A stretch of DNA of 54,294 nucleotides, the filler included, from Sphacelaria rigidula (taxonomy: Eukaryota): assembly GCA_964200075.2 (NCBI GenBank). It is 5 parts of 5 records of this genome, joined end to end, with 100 filler letters (N's around TTAATTAATTAA, not from the genome) between each part and the next. Parts side by side here need not be neighbours in the genome. Positions count along the whole stretch, not along the records: positions 43,517 to 54,294 come from CAXNAA020005929.1; 4 more parts are not named here. One strand, 5' to 3'. Each line of letters begins with the position of its first letter. The stretch's first letter is position 1. A program made the position numbers and the translations under genes. The notes under the pieces are model-generated. The model ran no database searches, had not been told where the DNA came from, and was given only the letters and a program-made list of their open reading frames with translations. Below, piece by piece: positions 48,371 through 54,294 of the stretch.

Positions 48371-51368
48371 ACAACTTCCGTTTTATTTCGCTTTGTGGAA
48401 GAATAAACTCGTGTAAACATTTCCGATGCAAGGCTTTCGGAGATCTCTACCGTCAGGCTCACTTCGCCTGACTTTGGGAACCTTCTCACCGCAAGAGTGC
48501 GACATTCGGATCATCCGATTCAAGAGAATATGAGCTGATTTTAGCACATAGCTACCCTGAGGGTTCATGCATTGACCCTTTGAACGGCAGGGCACCTGTA
48601 TATCATCTCTTGATTTGTCTTCATTGTTGAAAACTCAATGCGTGACCCAGACAGACGCACCGTAGCGGTCAAAGGTCAAAGGGTTAACCCTCGAACTGCG
48701 AGCGTTGCCTCGGAACAGTTTCACGGGTTAACAGTCCCGGCACATACGGGGTTCTACGGCGCGGGGAGGGTAACCTTTGACAAAAGACGGTGGCCTGTTC
48801 GCAGAACAGCCGAAAAGCTCGGCACGTCGACATTGTGAGTGTGTGAAAATTTCCCACGAGAAGTTGTGAGCCAGTAACGAGGCACAAGAGAAGCTGGAGG
48901 ACCATTTTGAGAGCTGTACTCAGTTTTGGTCAGACTGGTCCCACACGCCTGATGGACGACAGATGAACTAACTCGCATGCAAACTAATTCTCAAGTCCCC
49001 TTTCCCTCATGCCCATCCAACCATTAACAACACTAGCACAAGTAACGTGCTATTTCTCCGCTCGTGAGCTTCGCCACCCCGCCTGACCCTCCTCTGTATT
49101 GCTAGCATAACTTCACCCTACCTGCAGTAGAATGTACTCGGTGAAAAGGGATGGCACGCTGACTTTTTTCTTGCCGATGTGTGAAGCGAAGACATACGGC
49201 GTAGATATTCAATCTGCATGCACCTGACTGCAGGGTCGAAACTGACCAGGAATGCACGGGCACATTCGCTCATCTTCCATTATAATAGATGCCCAACATC
49301 CACATGTTCATCATGGAAGAAGACATTTGATATAGCAAGAAACAGACTGCTTTGAACCCTACATGTGGCACAGTCGATCCGGGTCTATTCAATGGGGAAG
49401 TCGTAGTCTGAGGGTTCAAGAGGTTTAATCTCCATGTTTTTCCCAGAAAAGGATTTGTTGTGTTCCGTAAGTTATATCCGGAATTGGTATTTGGCTGGTA
49501 TATCAAACCATATCGGAATGTGTGTGAACATTTCGATATGGTTTCGGGAAGGGTACAAAGCCCTGTCCCGACTCTCCGGAACGATGAGACAGGGTGTATA
49601 AACGGTAACATTCGTCGGGGATAACTTGAAATGCGAAAACCTCGTCGACACCGCGCTGCAAATAGGGTCGGGTGACCGGTGCTGCAAGTGATACACAGAC
49701 AGTTTACTCAAGTCACGCGGGGAATCTCGTTCTATAGAAGAAATCAACTCCTTGGCCGCGAGGGAGTTCCATCAGGGTCATGTAGAACTCACGCACCCAC
49801 GCATACTATTTGTACTCAGAGAAGTATTAAAGTATCCGTCATCCGAAATACTTGTGAAAATAACATCTCGAGCGCCGAGCACGCAGCGTTGACATGGAAA
49901 TGCCAGCAGCGGTGGCAATTGGGGCGAGGAGGATAGGAGGGCGATGTTGACACGTTTTGTACGCACAGAGTGCTCCACTCGGTGGCCCAAGTACACTGCC
50001 GTAAAGCGTCATTCGTCAAGCATCAAGATCCTCCACAAGAGTTCCAAGTCCTCCTGTCGGGTGTCATTTATACTAGTAAATGATGATACATGGAAATACC
50101 GATATACATTAATGTAGTAGAGGTGTCCCAAACTCGATGTTCCCGATATTAACCATCTGAAAATCACCGGGATATATCTGGAATCTCGAGCTCGAACAGC
50201 AATGTGTCGTGTCGGATCCGTCAAGGTACTGTTCTACATCTCTTTTTCCCACATGGAGTAAAAATTCATATGTTTCCATCTAACGACGACCGTTTTCCCG
50301 GCATAGTCGATTATTATTCCGCTGATGATCAAGACTACAGACTTCGCGCGCAGCGTATCACAGTCAACGAATTACGACGCCGGACGTGGACGGGTAGCGT
50401 CAAACAAAAATCATACGATCGCCGGCTGTAGCTCATTCGTGCCCAAAAACACCTCAGCATTCCCGCTTAAAAAATGTACGCGAGGCCCAAATGGCCAACT
50501 GTTCCGAGATTGGCTCACCAGCCGGGTCAAAGGATGTATCTGTCCTCTGAGGGGAGACAACACAAGTCCCGTTCTACACAAGTAGTTAGCGTGCAAAAAG
50601 TAGCGATCGACGGCCTGAAATGCTGCTACTACTGTCACGTGCCACCTTGTCAAGTCATATTCCGACGCAACCACAGTCGGCAGCCGCACGCCTGTTACTT
50701 CACTATATTCGGATCAATCGGCACGAGCTGTAGGTCACGGTGGAGGTGGAAGCGAGCGCGGGCGTGCCAGCGTGATTTGTTCATCAGAACTCACATTTAC
50801 CATGAGTGAAATCACACGATCGACATGATTCGACACCCCAAAACCCCGCCGTTTTTCGTACACAACTCATGAGGCACAGTAGAGCCTCACGTAAGGTGTA
50901 GCTGTGCCTCAATCGCACTCGAGTGTTTCACTACTGCGGTTTTCTGCGGTATGAGCATGAAACGCTAAAAGTAACCAAACGCAACGAACACGCCGAGAAT
51001 CGCAAGAACAGAGAGGACTTTGTTCCTTTCCCGAACGGATAAAAATACACGCAACCAAGTGCAGTAGGAGTAGGAGTATAACCGTATGGAGCAGATGGAT
51101 TATCGTATTTTCGCTTTACATTGAAAAGTTAGACCTGCTCGCAAACATGACATCAGTCCGCGCCGGACAAGAACGGGGTATGCGCTGCGTCTCAGAGTAC
51201 GATATTCGCACACCCTGCGTCTTTTGCCAACGAAGCAGAGAGCTATAACGTGTGTGCTGCATTTCTGTGTCAAACCTCGTAAAGCACGTACCGCCCTTGT
51301 ACTATTTGTTGTAGTAGAATTGTTCGTCAAAATGACGTGATATTGGCGGAGGGATAACTGGCATGACC

Positions 51369-51370
<2 letters not shown>

Positions 51371-51400
<30 letters not shown>
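51371..51400. repeat. (CA)15 microsatellite
   Basis: Seen directly. Confidence 0.97.
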
Positions 51401-51403
<3 letters not shown>

Positions 51404-52160
51404 GTGGACAGAAGACTGGCTGTGTAACGCGCATTTCGTGAGCGGACCCGATAGAGGTGAGAAGGAAAAAAGAAATAGAACAGGTGCAGAACAACTCTTC
51501 AACAATCTTGGAGCGAGCTGCTCAGCCCGCTCAGCCCTGACCTGCAAATGAATGAGGGGATACTGCTGCTCGTGAGAAGCGGGGGGCTTGGCTGGACACA
51601 AAACCACGTTTCGGCCGCCAGCACAACGAGCAGATGTTGACGATTTTAGCCGCGGTGACAGTTCCTCCGACTGTGATACGAGGAAAACTAGGAGGGCTAA
51701 TCGCGTGACGAGAACACACAACACCAATTTCAAGGCGAAGAACAATATCCCAGTAACAGTTCAGTACACCAGCCCAGAAAAGCGGGTCCCGGCAGTATCA
51801 TAGAGCCTCTGAGCGAAGAGCAAAGTACCCCTGGTGTGATGGAAAACACGCGGAACGATTCCATGTGCGGTCGTCCGAAGAAGTCCGCTCAAGCACAACA
51901 TAGGGGTGTTGTGCAAAAGTCATTCAACGTTATATTCGTGAGAGGACGACATGGATACACTACAAACGACGAAAACATAAAAGAACACGAGCTTGCGTAC
52001 GAAAAACGGGTAAAAACCAACGGAATTTTGTGATATGTTGACCGCTGGTCTAAACCAAGCCAACCGTCCACCAATTCCCCTCGTACCATCGCAACGCCTC
52101 ATGTCCACCCTCCTTTTTACTACCCTGCTTGAATGAAAGACAGCTTGAAAATAATCGCAC

Positions 52161-52733
52161 CTCTGCCATGTATGCAGTTGGCTCCGTGCAATTCGTCACG
52201 GCGCACGTGCCCTCCAAAGCGCATGAGTCCACCGCCCCCGTGGCTGCCGTAGGGTCCACCGCAACTGACAAATCCACGTACACCGTGTGAGCCCCGCGGG
52301 GCTTTCCCGTCCGTTCGATCACTACGTCGTACTCGAGTTGACCCTCATCGCTCCCCGTACCAGTCTCCCACCTGAAGTCTACGCACGCTTCAAACTGGCA
52401 CACTCCGGTACCCTGCTCTATCAAGGCTCCCGTCACGTCTTCGCAGTATACGTATGCACGGAGCAAGCCCGGCGACGCGGTGCTTGTATCGAAAGGTGTT
52501 ACGGTTTCCAGCTCACAGCTAGTAGTCTCCGGGGTGCCCGATACGTGCGCGGTCGCGTGAACTTCGCGGGTGCAGCCCGTGTGGCAATCGCCTCCTGAAA
52601 CGATATCCGACGCCACAATGTCATCGACAAGCTCCGCCACAAGCACCTGGTCAGCGCGCACCCAGGGTAGTGAGGTCCCCAGGAGGGCGAGTACTGCTAT
52701 CCGCGTGCATGACTGAGCTCGATATCTCCACAT
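52161..52733 (-). CDS. First coding exon of a secreted Cys-containing acidic protein
   Basis: ATG at 52733. Signal-peptide-like MWRYRAQSCTRIAVLALLGTSLPWVRA|DQ, then an acidic beta-rich domain with several Cys. Donor GAG|GTGCGA at 52160 is phase 0, compatible with exon 44206. Confidence 0.78.
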
Positions 52734-52784
52734 GCTCGAAAACCCGCCAGGGAGTACAAGAAAGTGAACGACGTACGGTTGCTT

Positions 52785-52850
52785 CTGCTGCTGTTATTGT
52801 TGTTGTTGTTGTTGTTGTCGTTGCTGCTGCTGCTGCTCCTGCTCCTGCTC
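52785..52850. repeat. Compound (GTT)n/(GCT)n/(GCTCCT)n microsatellite just upstream of the secreted-protein start codon
   Basis: Seen directly. Confidence 0.9.
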
Positions 52851-54294
52851 CTATCGCTTTTGTTGCCAGGGCTCTAGTGCTCTGATGCCGCAGTGGCGAG
52901 TTGCTTTGGGGTGTACTTGACAAGGGGGTGCGGTACGTGTGCACGTCCAAGCTCCGGGTTGGAGCTGCGCTTTTTTTCTTCCTCCAAGTCTGTCTATTCT
53001 CGAGCGCCCGTCTTCCTTTGAAACGACGTCGGACGGAAGTGCACAAGCACGCCGACCTCTTTTGACTCCTTCTACGAAAGATGAGCTCCAACCCCTTTCG
53101 TTGTGCTACTGGGTGCTGTGCGCGTAGTCACCTTAGACGGCTTTCCAATGCTGTCCGATGCAGGTGTACAATGGGCAGGGTCGTCGAGTCGTAGTCCAGG
53201 AAGGGAGGTGGTGGATCTTAGCTGATGTTTCTTTTTGGTGGAGAGCGATGCAGGTGTGGCGCCCGTGGCGACGGGTGGTACTCAGAGAAACAGTCGATGG
53301 ATTTTCTCTCTCACATGAGCCCAACGGATCAATTTTGAAAAAAAACGGCTTTTTGATATCAAAGCGGTTTTTCACCTTCGTCGGAAGTGTCGCTTCGTTC
53401 CGTTTGTACACCAATCAGTCGTGAGCGGGCCTGCTTTCACACTCATTTTTTGTCTTCCTTCCACCCTCGTTCTTTCCGGTAGATGAAAAGACGAACGGAA
53501 ATCTTCTGTTTGGTGGTCCGCCATCTTGGAAGTGGAAAAAACGGAAAACATGCACCCCACAATGGTCAACGGTCGTCTTCTGGATGATACGCACTTGGTC
53601 GAACTTTGCATGAGTACCTGTACGTATGCAATGGCATGGCGAAGGTTCATCGACCCACCTGTGTGCATATAATCCCAGAGAACAAAAGATCTTTATAGAT
53701 ATCGATTACTCCTACGCCGTATAGTGGTTAGTCAAACTTCGTGATGCAACAAATGACACTCGAGACGTCTTTATAGATCATGAAGCTCGGCATTTGCTCA
53801 TACAAGTACTTCAAACACCTTGTCCAACAACCATACCCCTGTCACTGTTTCAACGGTGGATGGTCCGTCATTTACTGTTACTGTTGTATATCGACAAAAG
53901 GTGTTGGGTAGCAGCGGTAGGTTTTGGGTTATAGTTTTGGCACACGACGGGGCTGGATAGCGCATCCGTAGTCCTTTCCTTCCTCGGTATACGATTGGGT
54001 GGTCTCAAGGGATTAACTCATATCTACACACAGAGAGATATATCCTGTGCTAGGCACCGCATGGCAGTATATTGTGATTCTTGAAAATGTTCATTTCACG
54101 AGGCAGCAACATGTCCACTATATTTTGCTGTAACTGGAAGTGAGGCGACCGAAGGTCACGCGAGCTTTGCTCATCGTGTGTGATGATAGTCAACCATCTT
54201 CAGGAAGGCAGCGCACAGCGCGCGGCAACTTCCGCCATGATCGGTGTAAAGTAGTCGGCGGTCTAACTATTTCACGGTTAGGACAAATCATCAC

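Noticed and set aside
48490..48595. Exon-like segment (TACAG|GTG..GCG|GTGAGA) inside the 8-kb intron
   Set aside because: It would shift the phase between the two good exons and overlaps a piggyBac-like end.

Overview
Eukaryotic, intron-rich and repeat-rich genomic DNA. It is most likely from a brown alga (Phaeophyceae or another stramenopile), an inference from roughly balanced GC, GT-AG exon chains with C/A-rich acceptors, and the repeat types present. The window is not one locus. It is five contigs of nearly identical, decreasing length (10780, 10779, 10779, 10778, 10778 bp) joined by artificial 100-bp N44-TTAATTAATTAA-N44 linkers, so no gene neighbourhood across the gaps is meaningful. 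Contig 1 has a complete internally deleted hAT element (TIRs, perfect 8-bp TSD, transposase dimerisation-domain relic), a ~61-bp minisatellite, and a phase-consistent multi-exon gene of unknown function with a GAG-ended, 4-bp-TSD (Sola-like) MITE in an intron. Contig 2 is almost all repeats: a TGT..ACA MITE, a decayed Ty3/gypsy reverse transcriptase, a Stowaway-like MITE and diverged duplications. Contig 3 has five phase-matched exons, one of 4.46 kb, of a VPS13B-like bridge lipid-transfer protein. Contig 4 has a cluster of Tc1/mariner-, Harbinger- and hAT-like MITEs, the last exon of an MFS transporter and a decayed gag. Contig 5 has two exons of a secreted DxxGDGW-motif protein separated by a ~8 kb repeat-filled intron. 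I found no CRISPR array, intact RNA gene or multi-gene novel system. The best leads are the VPS13B-like gene, the two uncharacterised proteins and the MITEs from rarer superfamilies.
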